From the human T2T-CHM13v2.0 reference genome, Homo sapiens: a stretch of 64,000 bases of DNA. The stretch lies in assembly GCF_009914755.1 (NCBI RefSeq), contig NC_060940.1. One strand, 5' to 3'. The position numbers were made by a program, and so were the translations under genes. The notes beneath the pieces are model-generated. The model did not search any database. It saw only the letters and a program-made list of their open reading frames with translations, and was not told where the DNA came from. This document shows positions 33,495 through 53,179 of the stretch, piece by piece; positions within the stretch are counted from its first letter, which is position 1; each line of letters starts with the position of its first letter.

Positions 33495-34158
33495 CAGGAG
33501 CGGGCAAACTATGTATATAAATTTTTTCATAAATAAAGTTGTATTGAAATACAGCCGCAGCATACAAAAGAATGAGTTCATGTCCTTTGCAGGGACGTGG
33601 ATGAAGCTGGAAGCCATCATTCTCAGCAAACTAACACGGGAACAGAAAACCAAACACTGCATGTTCTCACTCATAAGTGGGAGTTGAACAATGAGAACAC
33701 ATGGACACAAGGAGGAGAACATCACACACTGGGGCCTGTTAGGAGGTGGGGGGCAAGGAGAGGGAGAACATTAGGACAAATACCTAATGCATGCGGGGCT
33801 TAAAACCTATACGATGGGTTGATAGGTGCAGCAAACCACCATGGTACATGTATACCTATGTAACAGACCTGCATGTTCTGCACATGTATCCCAGAACTTA
33901 AAGTAAAATAAAATAAAATTTAAAAAAATTTAAAAAAAAGAAATACAGCCATGCCCATCATTTAAATATTGTCTGATGCTTTTGTGCCACAAGGGCAAAG
34001 CTACAGTACCCATTTACTATACATATGTGTCTTATAACATTATGTTGTATACCTTAAATATATGCAATAAAATTTATTTTAAAAAATAGTTGCATTGGGA
34101 ATGTGGCCTGCAGAGTTGAAAATATTTACTATCTGGCTCTTTACAGAAAAAGTTTGAT
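33495..34158 (+). mobile_element. MER58A-like hAT MITE split by the L1PA fragment and a short old L1 3' fragment (~34000-34086)
   Basis: caggagcgggcaaact...aaataaagttgtattgaaatacagcc|atgccc...aaatatttactatctggctctttacagaaaaagtttg. Confidence 0.75.
33557..33939 (+). mobile_element. 5'-truncated L1PA7/8-like 3' end with poly(A)
   Basis: L1 ORF2 C-terminus plus 3'UTR; TSD gaaatacagcc at 33546-33556 and 33940-33950. Confidence 0.88.
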
Positions 34159-34294
34159 CTGAGGATAAAATTTGATAGATTTGATTTGGATGAAATAATT
34201 TCATACTGGTAACTGCTTTTCTTTAATTTTTGATTCAGAGCATGTCATAGGAAAAGGGACTGGTCTTTCATTTTACAATGCAAATACTGTGTCA

Positions 34295-36459
<2,165 letters not shown>

Positions 36460-37383
36460 TGAAACAGACAACTTCTCAGAAGGCAAATGAAACATTTATG
36501 TCAGTTCATAAAATAAATTGCATCTTTTAAATGAACAGCTCTGATTCATGCATTATTCCAGTGGGTCTCAAACTTTGCTGTTCCTTGAAATCACTTGGAG
36601 ATCTTTTAAAAAATACTGATGACTGACTCCCACCCCTAGACTTCCTGATTTAATTGGTATGGGATGCAACCTGGTCATTTGGATTTTGATCAAAACTCCA
36701 TAGGGAAATTCAAATATGCCCCAAATTATTCAGTGTTAGAATTTCAGGTAACTGTAGCTATTGACTTCAGGTGCTTGTAAGCTAGCTGGTGTCTGCATTG
36801 GTAATGTGACTCCTGGTTGCTGCAGTTTATACGCGTGGGTGGCAAAAACAGTCAACAAAGCAAGGCTCAGCTTGCTTGTCTATTTCCACTTGAGGGTGCT
36901 GTCACTGAGCAGAAATGGAAGTAATTTATACTTTACTCATTATATAAGGACATATGTATGAAAACCTGAGTTAAGTTGCATTATAGCTCTCATTGATTCT
37001 ATGATGTTTTATTGATCTTTAAAATGAATGCCCCAGGAAGCTACCTGTCTAACTGAATCACTTTCAACTGAACTCTGCACATGGAAATCTAAACAGCATC
37101 GGCTGTTTGGATCTGATTCCTGCAATTGACTCCACATCGAGTTGGGTTAAAATCCACAAATTTAATATGTCATGTGGATTGCAGTGGAATCCCCATCTTA
37201 GAGATGGGTACACTGAGACTCAGAAAGATTGAGTAACTTCCCCAAATCTTCAGTCGTTACATCGTAGAACCCAAGTGTTCCATACCCCAGGCAGTCTGGT
37301 GCTTAGTCCCAGTGCTTAGCCAATACGCTCTCTGATTTACTCTGTTATGGAGAAAAGAACCAAAAATGGGTAAGAGGAGTTAC

Positions 37384-37585
37384 CTTGGCATTAGCTGGGT
37401 AGATTTTCTGTATGAATGGAACAGTTTCTTTTTCCGAGCTGATCATGCCCACAATTTCCAGATTGTCTGTAAACTCAAGCTTGGCAATTCCTTCAAAGCA
37501 CTTCTTCAAGTGCGGCTGCACTCGGAGAGGGTCCTTTGTCTCGGACAAGATTTCCAGCAGCTCATCGTTTGATAGGAAGAAGAAT
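37384..37585 (-). CDS. DNAH3: Dynein heavy chain exon ([19 protein letters not shown]...PANAK)
   Basis: aaatag acceptor, AAG/gtaact donor; 202 nt, phase 2 to 0; [13 protein letters not shown] and HLKKCFEGI motifs. Confidence 0.95.
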
Positions 37586-38304
37586 CTATTTCAAAGCAAA
37601 GAAAGATGGTAACTGGAACCTCTTCCAAGAACTTTTTCTAGCAAGGTGATACTTTCTGACAGGTAGTCCGCACCTACGTGAATACCAGTTATGTCTTGCG
37701 GTCTTCACAAAGGCCCACTCTCTTTTATCACTTTTCATCTGGGGCATGGAAGGTGGAGTTTTGCTTTTCTTAAGAGATGAGGTCTTGCCATATTGCCCAG
37801 GCTAGACTTGAACTCCTGGGCTCAAGCAATCCTCTCTCCTCAGCCTCCTGAGTAGCTGGGATTACTGGCATGAGACATTGCACCCAGCTTGGAGATGGTT
37901 TTGACTCTGAGATACCACACTTGATCTTAGTCAAAAGACCAAGAAGCGATGGTTTTGAGTCTGACAGCAAGAGAACGAATAAAAGCTGGCATGTGTGGGT
38001 TTAATAGGACTGGGGGATGGGTGCTATCAGTTGAAAGGAGCCCGGATAGAACAGCAATTCTCAGCTTTGGCTGCACTTTAGAATCACCTGGGGAGCTTAT
38101 ACAAAATTCCAGAGCCACAGTCCCATTGTCCAGAGATTCTAATAGAATTGATCTGGGAGTGCGGCTGATGAAATTTGTATTTTTTTAAATTTCAGTTCAT
38201 TCTAATGTGCAGTCAGTGTTGAGAACCACTGGGTAGGGGCAGGAGAGAGAGACTTCCTTGTCTTTCCTTCTCTCCATCCGTGCAAGAACATTGTATAGGC
38301 ATGA

Positions 38305-38718
<414 letters not shown>

Positions 38719-38909
38719 TAAATGTGAGCCACTGCACTCAGCCCTTTACTATCTTTTAAATTAGAGATAATAAGACAATTTCATCTCTTGTTCAGGCCTA
38801 AAAGCAGCAACAACAAACCTTCAGAAAATGTCCAATATTCAAACCTGTACTGTGACCATCAGGCTGAAAGTTCTATGATGGAGGGATTGTGTGATTATGG
38901 TCTTTACCA

Positions 38910-39415
38910 AATATGGTGGATTACAAAAATGGCCACGATATTTACAGTTCCTCTCATCAAGGGGTGGAGTCTGTTTTCACATTTCTCAAACTTGAGCTGG
39001 CTCTGTGTCTTGCTTTGGCTAATAGAATGTAAGTGAACATGAGTCTGTGCACGTTCTAAGCCTAGGCATCAAGAGGCCATGATGCTTTCACTCTTGCTGC
39101 TCTTAGGAACCCTGTGACCACCACCATATAAATAAACCCAGGCTAGTCTTCTACAGGATAAAAGACATGTGGCCCAAATACCTGTTGTCCAGCCAGTAGG
39201 AAGCCAATGACCAGACAAGCAATTAAGGATGCTGACTGATGGCTGACTGCAGTCATGAGTGAGCCCCAGTGAGGCCAGAAGAACCACCCAGCCAAGCCCA
39301 GCTCAATCTGCCAACCTAGAGAATTCTGAGCTAAACTGATCATGTGAAACATGATTGTTGTTTCACACTTCTAACTTTTGGGGTCATTTGTTACTCAGCA
39401 AAGCAAACGAATACA
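38910..39415 (+). mobile_element. MLT1 (F-like) MaLR LTR
   Basis: tggtggattacaaaaatggccac...ttgttactcagcaaagcaaacgaataca. Confidence 0.65.
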
Positions 39416-39763
39416 CTGTATCTACAGTGTTGAGCAAGTACAAAGAGTAATAATTATTTGTTGCTGATCAACTAACAAATATCCAGTGAGATGTCAATTT
39501 CTCCCACTCCCAAGTGAAATTCAAATGGGTGATCTCTATGGATATACACTCCCTCTATCTCCATCATGTGCTATAATGAATAAGGCTCAATGGCCATAAG
39601 AGTAATAATACATTCGTATAATTTAAAATTAAAATCTTTTTTTAGCAATCTGTATTTTCAAGATGAAATTAACTTAAATTATGTGACTATCAACAACATT
39701 CTCAAAGTGTTTGCTGAGAGTGTTTAATTTTATTTTATAAAAATGCATAAATAAATATTGAGG

Positions 39764-39766
<3 letters not shown>

Positions 39767-39810
<44 letters not shown>
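39767..39810. repeat. (GT)22 microsatellite
   Basis: Perfect dinucleotide run. Confidence 0.97.
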
Positions 39811-39812
<2 letters not shown>

Positions 39813-40047
39813 AACTTAGGGTAAAAATGTGGCTCAGAGAGGTTAAATGGCTGAATATCTTATCCAGACTTCCTGGGTATCAATTCTAGCTTGATCATTT
39901 TACCAGTCTTGTATCTTTGGGCAAATCATTATTTTCTCATTTATAAAACAGGGACAATAATAATGTTCCCAAACCCATAAGAGTATTACAAAGATTAAAT
40001 TAGTTAGTTAGTAAGTGTAAAGCACTTAGAGCAGGGTCCTGGTGTAA

Positions 40048-40543
<496 letters not shown>

Positions 40544-40705
40544 TAAAAAGTAATATTAACTAAGTTAAAAATTGGCTTCCTCAGTCACCTCAACCACATA
40601 TAAAGTGCTCAGTGGCCACTGGCAGCTAAGGGCTACTATATTGGACAGTACGGACAAAGAACATTCCTATCATTGCAGAAAGTTCATTGGATAATGCTGA
40701 ATTGA

Positions 40706-41014
<309 letters not shown>

Positions 41015-41249
41015 TAAGCCACCGTGCTCAGTCATACTTCTGAGTTTCTAACAAATCATTTTTTGTTTTTTTTTTTGTTTTTTTTGGTAAACAGCAGGGA
41101 ACTAACTTTGTCTCCATATAAAGAAACGCTAAAATTTATGTTTCTTAAAGGTAAATTAGGATCAAACATCCTAAGTGGGGTCAAATGACATGGAGTGACC
41201 ATCAATGGTGAACTAGTCATGGATAGATTATCAGGAATGTCAGGAGTGA

Positions 41250-41567
<318 letters not shown>

Positions 41568-42190
41568 TGACCAGCCTGGAACTAACCTAAAACTCCCTTG
41601 ACTTTTATGCAGAAGATTGGTTCTTGTGTGGAAAAAAAGAGTCAAATATGTATAAGCATACCTATCAGAAACTACAAAATTTGATGGTATAAAAAAATTG
41701 ACTGGTGTTTCTTAAACACATAGGCTAGGTGCTAAATGTTTTTACATGTGTTAGTTCATTAATGTGTACAACAAATACATGAAGTAGGGGCCATTATTAT
41801 ATCCCAAATTTACGGTGGAGAACCTGAGGCTTGGATAGATTTGCTGGAGGCCTCAAGACCACTAGGTAGAAAAGCTGGGATGCCAAAGGAGGTCTAATTA
41901 ACTCCAAAATCCAGGCTCACAGTCATGAATACTCTACCCCCGTAATTAGGAAAAATAACAGTGTTGGTTTGGACAACGTGTGCATTTGACACCCATTGCT
42001 GTCCATTCAACCTCACGCTAAGTAAAGATGGTGAAGCCATGCCCCATTCCTGAAAACTGTCTTGGAGAATGGAAAACCAGGAAAGAGTATGGACTAGATT
42101 GGTTGAAGCCAACTCTTGGCATGAAAAATGTAATTCTACCTACATATGGGGCAAGAATGTAATTCCAAATAAAAGAACAATGCTGGATAC

Positions 42191-42327
42191 CTGGGGAAGA
42201 ATAGTCTCTTCTTCTCCAAGTAATCATTCAGCCCTTTCTGGATGTCCTCCAAGAGAAAGTTGGCTTCTTGAAGCTTCTCTGCCATCCGTGGCTGGTCGGC
42301 TGCCACCAGAATCCTGTTATCTTTCAC
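42191..42327 (-). CDS. DNAH3: Dynein heavy chain exon (VKDNRILV...YLEKKRLFFPR)
   Basis: acccag acceptor, CAG/gtatcc donor; 137 nt, phase 0 to 2; YLEKKR..FPR motif. Confidence 0.94.
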
Positions 42328-42665
42328 CTGGGTTCCATCAAAAAAAGTGAGACTCATCATAAGGTTCCCAAGTTCTGAGATTGGTCATTGTATTGAATGT
42401 GTGACCTATCAACTGACAGCACTCCTTGTCCAGCTAACTGCCTCCTGATCCCCCTCCTAACTGCACAGGGGTGAATGCTTATGGAACATGACCTTGTTCC
42501 TCTGATCATGGTTGACTGGGCAGGGATTGGGTACTAAAACCAACCAAACCCAATTATATTTTAACCCAAGGAGTTTAGAATCCAAACCATGACATTCTAT
42601 ACTAGTTTGGGCTGAGTGAGAATTATGTTTCTCTGTGTGACGGAGTGATAGAGAAAGCCAGTCTT

Positions 42666-42708
42666 GGGGGGGGGGGGTGGGGAGGGAGAGAGAGAGAGAG
42701 AGAGAGAG
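42666..42708. repeat. G-run plus (GA)n polypurine tract
   Basis: G12 tggggagggagagagag... Confidence 0.88.
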
Positions 42709-43165
42709 ACTGACTAAGGCAGGGCCAGGAAAGAGGAGCCAAGATCAGAGAGATGGAAGGAGTTCCTAAGAGAAGAGGCTTCTGGGTTCTAGATCCATCT
42801 TTTGTGAGGCTTGGCTGTGCTATTTGGCCTTGGGTTCCATGAGACACCCATTTGGTCTTCTCGTTTCAGCTATCCTGAGTCAGTTTCTGTCACTTGCACC
42901 CAAACAACCTTAACTAATAAAGAATTGGCTTATGCTGGCTGGACAATCTAAATTCCATTTATCTCACTCCCACAAACAAAGCAGGGAAGACAAATTGCTT
43001 TGCAGCAAAATCTTTTTAAGTGCACCCCAGTTTGATCACACTTGACTTAAGAAAGGAAAATGATTTGACCTCATAAAAGATCCCTCTAGGTGCCTTGCAC
43101 GCCCAGTGAACTTACCATCCTTCAAGGCTTGATCCCAACGTTCCTGCTTTAGAGGCCTTCCTTGA

Positions 43166-43348
<183 letters not shown>

Positions 43349-43841
43349 TAGCCGGGATTACAGGTGCACACCACCATACCCAGTTAATTTTTTATATTTT
43401 TAGTAGAGACGGGGTTTCACCATGTTATCCAGGCTGGTCTCCAACTCCTGAACTCAAGCAATCCGCCTGCCTTGGCCTCCCAGAGGGCTGGAATTACAGG
43501 CGTGAGCCACCGCACTCAGCCAAGGCAGCAAATTCTATGAAGACAGAAATCATATTCTTGCCACCTTCAAGTATTTTCTGATTTCTAGTATAACACCTGG
43601 GTCATTGTAGGTACTGAATAAACATTTGTTAAATAACTGAGTAACCAAATGTGGGTAATTGTTGGAATTCTAAAAGGATTCACTATAAAACTGTTATTGC
43701 ATTATCCTGTAACAAATACAACCTTGTAAGAAATGACAGTTAAATAATACAAACTGCCTATAGTTACTGCTTGGGAAGTGGGATTTCAAAAGGCTTCTGC
43801 TTTCTATGTTACATATTTGTATTTGCTTTTTTTTTTTTTAA

Positions 43842-44222
<381 letters not shown>

Positions 44223-44319
44223 TAGTTCATTTACAAGTTTCAAGGAAGGTGACTAGAATGCATAATGAGGAAACATTTGTATTTCTGCTGGTAAGAGTTA
44301 TTAGGGTATAAAAACTTAC

Positions 44320-44499
44320 CGCTTGGGACATAAGTGATTTCCAGTAACTATCAACAATGCCAAATTTCCTCCCCTCTTCTGGCATCTGGGCTATGATGTC
44401 CTCTGAACTGAAGATTGGTTCCAGGTACAGCCAGGTGGCTTGGCATTTCAACCAGGCATCCAAATTGTCTTGTATGCGAATTAGCTTTTCTTCCCATTT
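44320..44499 (-). CDS. DNAH3: Dynein heavy chain exon (KWEEKL...[13 protein letters not shown]...MSQA)
   Basis: ttcacag acceptor, GCG/gtaagt donor; 180 nt, phase 0-0; WLYLEPIF dynein motif. Confidence 0.95.
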
Positions 44500-45206
44500 C
44501 TGTGAATTTAGCATTTCATATCTGGATCATTAACCTGCCACTCTGCATCACAGGCCCATGGAGAGAGCAAATGGATGGAGCCGTACATTTATTCATTCAT
44601 TCAGTCTGTCACTTGTTTAACAAATACTTATTGAGGGCTCCCTATGCTCTGGTCACTGCTCCAGGTGATGAGAACATAGCAATGAATGAAACACACAAGA
44701 GCTTTGCCCTTTACGGAGCTCACGTCCTAGCAGAATAATTACAATAGTTATACACGTAATCTGTGAGAAGTGATGGTCTGAGTGCTTTAAGTATATGGAA
44801 CCAATTAAATCCCACAGCCTTACAAGGTAGATGTGATTACAAACCGTGTTTTCCAGATGTAGAAACTGAAACACAACAGTTTAGTAATGTGCCCAAGGTC
44901 ACACCACTAGTAAGGAGCAGAGCCAGAATTTGAACCCAGGTAATCTGGCTTCAGAGTTTGTGTCCTTAGCCTATGTCACTGCTACAAACAATGAGCACAG
45001 GAGGCCAAACCCCTATCTTCGGGTAGCTTACATTCTAGATTACTACCATAAGATGCTTCCCAAATGCATGTGTATTTGGTGCATTCAAATGCCATCTTCT
45101 CTTTTGGCAGACAGTTGCAAAGGCTCAGCATGCCATATGCTTTCTTGGATGGTTATTGCTTTCAGCCTTGTGTCATTAATTAATTAATTAATTTACTTAT
45201 TTTTGA

Positions 45207-45515
<309 letters not shown>

Positions 45516-45614
45516 TGACTTTCTTTGTTAACTGAACGTGAAAACCTTTCCCCTCCTCTGAGAAACCCAGAGCTAACGAAACACCTCAAAGCATTCAACT
45601 TCATTTCCTCTTAC

Positions 45615-45731
45615 CCGGCATTCTGCTTCTATTGGTTTGATGAATGGGGAGCCACACATGGTCTGGGTCTTTATCACGTGATCATCAAGTAGCATTTGAA
45701 TGTCATCAATTGCACACAAGATGTTTGTATC
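45615..45731 (-). CDS. DNAH3: Dynein heavy chain exon ([17 protein letters not shown]...EAECR)
   Basis: tttacag acceptor, CGG/gtaaga donor; 117 nt, phase 0-0. Confidence 0.94.
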
Positions 45732-45799
45732 CTGTAAATAAAGATGCCCCACCCTGTCAAGATTGTGAAACCTCCCCATTTTTCTTTTCCTTTTTTAAA

Positions 45800-46378
<579 letters not shown>

Positions 46379-47139
46379 ACCTCCCCATTTTTCATGCTGA
46401 TCCCTTAGGACCTCCCAGCTCAGAACTCCACTCTCATGGAGTAGGAATCTATGTCTTGCAGGGAATAGGACTTCTACTTTCTTCCTTGAAAATGTTATTA
46501 AAGATATTTAGGCTGGACAAGGTGGCTCATGCCCATAATCCCAGCACTTTGGGAGGCTGAGGTAGGAGGATCGCTTGAGTCCCAGAATTCAAGACCAGCC
46601 TAGGCAACATAGCAAGACCCCATCTCTAAAAATTTTTTTTTTAAAAAGACATTTATTGTCCACCTCCTTTGCAGAAGTCAAATACAGTCTAATCCAAGAC
46701 TCATAGACATAATCTGCTGGGGAGGAAGATTTCTTCCCCTTTCCCTATATTCCTGCTTCTTCACTTGCTTTCCTGGCTCTCCTTTCCCTTGGGTAGGAAG
46801 ATCGGCTGCTAATCTGACTGGTTAGGCCTAGACCTGCGGTTTCCACACTGTGAACTGATGTGCCCCGGGGCACCGCAGCCAACTCAGAGTGAATGATTCT
46901 GGTTATTTAAAAATAAAATACAGCTATTAGTTTTTCTTTCATTGTAGGTGTATTTTTTTCAAACAGTGCCTAAGTTGTTAGAGCATAAATCCTTATTAAG
47001 TTGTTTGGACCTAATTACTGCATAAACAAAGCTATTAGGTATTTCTTTTGGCCTAAGGGCACTGTGAAAAAAGTACTTAGACACAAAGCCATTGTGAACC
47101 AAGAAAGTTTGGGGACCTTTGTTTAATTAATTAATTAAT

Positions 47140-47604
<465 letters not shown>

Positions 47605-47720
47605 TAATATTGCAATCATAGCTTACTGCAGCCTCAAATTCCTGGGCTCAAGCAATCTCCCTGCCTCAGCTTCCCAAATAGCTTTCCAAGTAGCTGGTGC
47701 ACATCACCATACTCAGCTAA

Positions 47721-47751
<31 letters not shown>

Positions 47752-48426
47752 TATTATTATTATTATTTTGTAGAGAGGGGGTGTTGCTGTGTTACCCAGG
47801 CTGTTCTCGAACTCCTGAGCTCAAGTGATCCTCTCACCTGGACCTCTCAAAGTGCTGGGATTATAGGTGTGAGGCACCAAGCCTGACCAAGTGGTCCTGT
47901 TTTACAAGTAGGTAAGGTCTAAGGTGTGCCTTAAAGGCCAGGCCCTGTGGGTGGCACTTTTTCTCCTGGGCCATTGTGGCAAGCAAGCTGACAAGGGTCT
48001 GACCCTGGGGCAGGTTTGGTCTTTCTCGCTCTGTTCTCACTTCTTTCAAGTCTAATCTAGGAGGCTAAATTTGGGCCTAGCATGTATTCTCTTATCTATG
48101 TTTTACCAGTAGCTCAGCATTGGGAGGTATGTTGGGCTATTAATAAAGTGGTTTCTTGATCCCCATTTAGCTACTGATCCTTGTCTGTAGTTACTTTAGG
48201 CAAAAACTCTGCAGATTGGCCAGGTATAAGTGAGCTGTTCCCCAGGTCTCCTAGCTTATACTCCTCTTGTCACCCCAACAGCCTCTATAGCAGTGTCTAA
48301 TCCAAGCTGATCATGCAGCCACGCTTCTGAGACCCATGGTGGCTGGGTCACCCTTGCTGGGAGAGGCTCAGTAATGAGGCCCTGTGCCCTCAGCTCTCTT
48401 CCCTCTCATCAGATCATGTATAGTTC

Positions 48427-49056
48427 TGTTGGGTCTCAGAACATGATACCCCGAAGCATTGCACCTTGATTTGCTGAGTATTTTGAACTGAAGGACATTG
48501 GAAGGCCTTGGAAGCAAGATCTTTCTGTCCATCTTTTTCTGCCTTTCTCCTGCTCCTTTATCTTTCCCCTAAGACAGTCCATAGAAACTAAACTCCTCTT
48601 GCCCGAAGCAAGCATAAAATCCTGAAATATCACTCTGACCAAGACAGCCGGCCATAAGGAAATTCTCTGAGCAACCTTGTCTGATAGTGGGTCACAAGAC
48701 TGTCGTTCCTGAGGGGGTCTTGTCCTATGCCTGGGAGGAAGGACTGCTACACAGAGAGACCAAGAAGAATCTCAACAGCAGGTCTTGCTAGGCTTCCCAT
48801 GGAGTCTAGACCATTATACCATACGCTTTTGTTCAATTTCATTTCCATACAGCTGTCCATTCTTCATCAAACCTAAGCCCCAAAACACAGTTTTCCCTGG
48901 GTCTTCACTTTCGATGGTTCCAAAGTCATGTAAAACTTTGATTAAATAAAATTTTAATGCTTTTCTCTTGTTAATCTGTCTTTTATTATAGGAGTATTGG
49001 CGGTGAATGACCTTCATGCTAGGTGAAGAAAGGGATCACACCTTTTCACCCCTACA
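48427..49056 (+). mobile_element. ERV1 solo LTR (MER39-like)
   Basis: TG...CA termini (tgttgggtctcagaa...cccctaca); near 4-bp TSD gttc/gctc; attaaa/aataaa region near 48941. Confidence 0.75.
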
Positions 49057-49329
49057 GCTCTTCCTTGAGTGAAATCAAGACACTCCAACCATTTAAACTG
49101 AATAGGGAAAGAAGTCACAAGTAGATAACATGCAGCCTGGGGAAGGAGGGAGGCTTGGGAGCTTTTGGTTCTCAATCTACATTGCACATGAGAAAAACCA
49201 GGGGTGCCTGAAAAATACAGATGCCCAGGCATTCTGGGAGGGGAGGAGCCAGGAAGAATCCATTGGGAGATTTTAAAGCATCCCAGATGATTCTACAATG
49301 CAGGTTTGGAAGCACTGCTTTAGGAATCA

Positions 49330-49722
<393 letters not shown>

Positions 49723-50351
49723 TCACACCCTATCCCAAAAGCAAGCCAGACCCTAACGACAGCTGAGCAAATGCTTTGGGTGTGTAGCACCTTCGCATGC
49801 ACTGTACAAACTCCTGTGTTTTCTACAAGTGCAAGTGAAAAGAAAGAAACCTACACCCTTACTATTCAAAATTGATCAATATTATCTGGGAGCTTGTTAG
49901 ATCTGCAGAATCCTAGATTCCATCCCAGACCTGCTGAATCAGAACCCGCATTTCAACAAGATCTCCGATGATTCCTGCATGCATTGACATCTGAGAAACA
50001 CTAGTCATTGTCTGCCCCTGTGCTTCTGACGGGACTGGGAAGCTTTGGAATGGTGTACAAGCCTGCACCTTCACTGGGAGGTGCTGATTTAGAGGCTTGC
50101 TTGGTTCCTTTGCACTGAGAAAGCCTCTTGCTCTGAATCAAAAGACTTGTCTGATTTGAAGAATGAATCTCTTCGGTGGTGCTGACAGGAAAGGTGACTG
50201 ACACAGAAAGGCAGACAGTAGGAAACAATCAAGACATGAGCGATTATTTCTCTGTGAGTTCTGTTGCCATTCTGAATGAATCGTTTCTGTAATCTATTGC
50301 ATAATAAATGGGGCTGCTTTCAAAAGGGGCTGCGGTTGCAGTGAGACTCAC

Positions 50352-50466
50352 AGTGTCCCTGTATTTCACGAAGCTGAACGTCACGTTAACCCAATCCAAC
50401 TTCATTCTATCCAAGTTTTTCTCCAGAGAGTATTCCTTGCTGGCAGCTGCACCAATGGGCTCCAAT
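50352..50466 (-). CDS. DNAH3: Dynein heavy chain exon ([18 protein letters not shown]...KYRDT)
   Basis: tctctttag acceptor, ACT/gtgagt donor; 115 nt, phase 2 to 0; ASKEYSLE motif. Confidence 0.94.
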
Positions 50467-50819
50467 CTAAAGAGAGAACACAGCAACAGCAACATCAACA
50501 GGAGGCAGAGAAGACACATCAAAGGAGGAACTTCAGGCCAGGCATGGTGGCTCATGCCTGTAATCCCAGCACTTTGGGAGGCCGAGGAGGGAAGATTGCT
50601 TGAGGTCGGGAGTTCGAGACCAGCCTGGGCAATATAGCAAAACCCCATCTCCACTAAAAACACAAAAATTAGCCAGGTGTGGTGTATGCCTGTAGTTCTA
50701 GCTACTCAGGAGACTGAGGTGGGAGGATCGCCTGAGCCTGGGAGGTAGAGGCTGCAGTGAGCTGAGATCGTGATTTCACCACTGCACTCCACTCTGGAAA
50801 ACAGAGTAAACCCTGTCTC

Positions 50820-50850
<31 letters not shown>

Positions 50851-50952
50851 AGGAATTTCAGCTCAGTCTTAGGAGAATCTCCAAAAGCCCTTAATTTGAC
50901 CAAAAGGTTTACTATCCTGCTCTAAGATCTGCCAGCTACCGCCAGTGTTTTG

Positions 50953-51997
50953 CAGGGTTTCTCACCCTTGGCACCGTTGACTTTTTGGGCTGTGTTATGG
51001 GTTAAATATTGTCTCCTCAAAAATTCATATATTGAAATTCTAACCCCTAATATCTTGGAATGTAACTCTATTTGGAGAAAGGATCTTTAAAGAGGTAATT
51101 AAATTAAAATAAGTCATGAGGGTGGGCCTTAATCCATTATAATTGGTGACCTTATAAGAAGAGATTAGGACACAGACACACAGAGGGAAGACCATGTCAA
51201 TTCATAGGGGAAGACAGCCATCTGCAAGCAAAGGAGAGAGGCCTCAGAAGCAACCAACCCTGCCTACAACTTGGCCTTGGACTTTAAGCCTCCAGAATTA
51301 TGAGACAATAAATTTCTGTTGTGTAAGCCACTCAGTCTGTGGTATGCTGTAAGAGCAGCCTGTTCAACAAAAATTATGAGAGGTCATTATTCCGGACTGA
51401 GCTCCTGCACTAGACCCTAGCAGACCAGACCAAACCAAAATGGAGTCACTCACGCTAAATGGCATGTAATCAAACTGAATCTTTAAGGAAGGAGATAGAT
51501 CCCAGAACAGGACAGTTTTTCCTGAAAACAGGAGATTCCAGTCTACCTGACTCAGAGAATAAGGAAGTTCCCTCTGCTTGAACCCTCATAAAAAAATAAC
51601 CTGACATTCATTAATCTTTTTTTTTCATATTGTTCTGTTTCCTTATAAAACTTACCATTGTGCTACTGCCCAGTGGGAACTCTCATTCTATTTTGGAAAA
51701 CAGAGGCTGCCCTGACTCACGAATCTTGATTAAAAGCCAATTAGACTATAACTCAATTTGTTGCTTTGTCTTTTGATGAGACCTAGCAAACTCACATAGG
51801 CTGAAATAATTGTCATGGGGAGCTGTACCGTACCTTCTAGGGTGTTGAGCAGCATCCCTGGTCTCTACCCACTAGACACCAGCAGCAGACTCCCCAGCCC
51901 TGCCCCATCTTTTGCCAGTCATGACAACCAAAAATGTCTCCAGATATTTCCAAGTGTCCCTTAAGGGTGGGAAATGGCCCCCAGTTGAGAACCACTG
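50953..51997 (+). mobile_element. Nested MER20 > MLT1B-like MaLR LTR (50993-51798) > ERV1 LTR (MER57-like, ~51361-51778)
   Basis: MER20 ends cagggtttctca...gagaaccactg; 5-bp TSD ggctg at 50988-50992 and 51799-51803 around the MLT1; the inner LTR interrupts the MLT1 3' end. Confidence 0.78.
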
Positions 51998-52012
51998 TTG
52001 TAAGGTCACTAA

Positions 52013-52375
<363 letters not shown>

Positions 52376-52877
52376 TGATTTCTTATTCAGATTTTGAACC
52401 TCTGTTAATTTATGTGATGGCTCTTGCTCTACTTCCCATCCCTTCCCTTTTCAAAAACACCTACTATTTTCCTGATACTGGGTCCACCCGTCCATGGCCC
52501 CTCTATTCCACAGAAAGGGGCATAGAGGGAGAGAGAGAAGAGGCAAACAAATTCCTTTCTTCTTGTTTCCACATGGAGATCTGGGTCCTAAAACCGAGGT
52601 GTGGCAAAGAATTGGAAAGCCAAGTTCTTGGAAGTGGAAAGAGGGACTGTTCTCTCTGCCTCAGCCCTGTCTTTCATTGCATCCTTGAGTGTAGAAGAGA
52701 CCATCTGATATTTACTCATAGGTCAGGAAACCAACGCTCAGAGGAAGCAAGTGACATGTCCAAAATCACAGAGCCAGGGAGTCCTGGAACTGGGTATTGA
52801 CACCAATTCCTCCTAATCTGACTCCTACCCTGGTGTTTCTTCTTCCACCCTTATGATATGCCTTCTCCCTTCTCTTA

Positions 52878-53179
<302 letters not shown>

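Noticed and set aside
50244-50663. ORF running from an antisense Alu in frame into exon 50352-50466, suggesting an Alu-extended exon
   Set aside because: The two available Alu AGs would add 187 or 182 nt, neither a multiple of 3, so they frameshift; the open frame is coincidental
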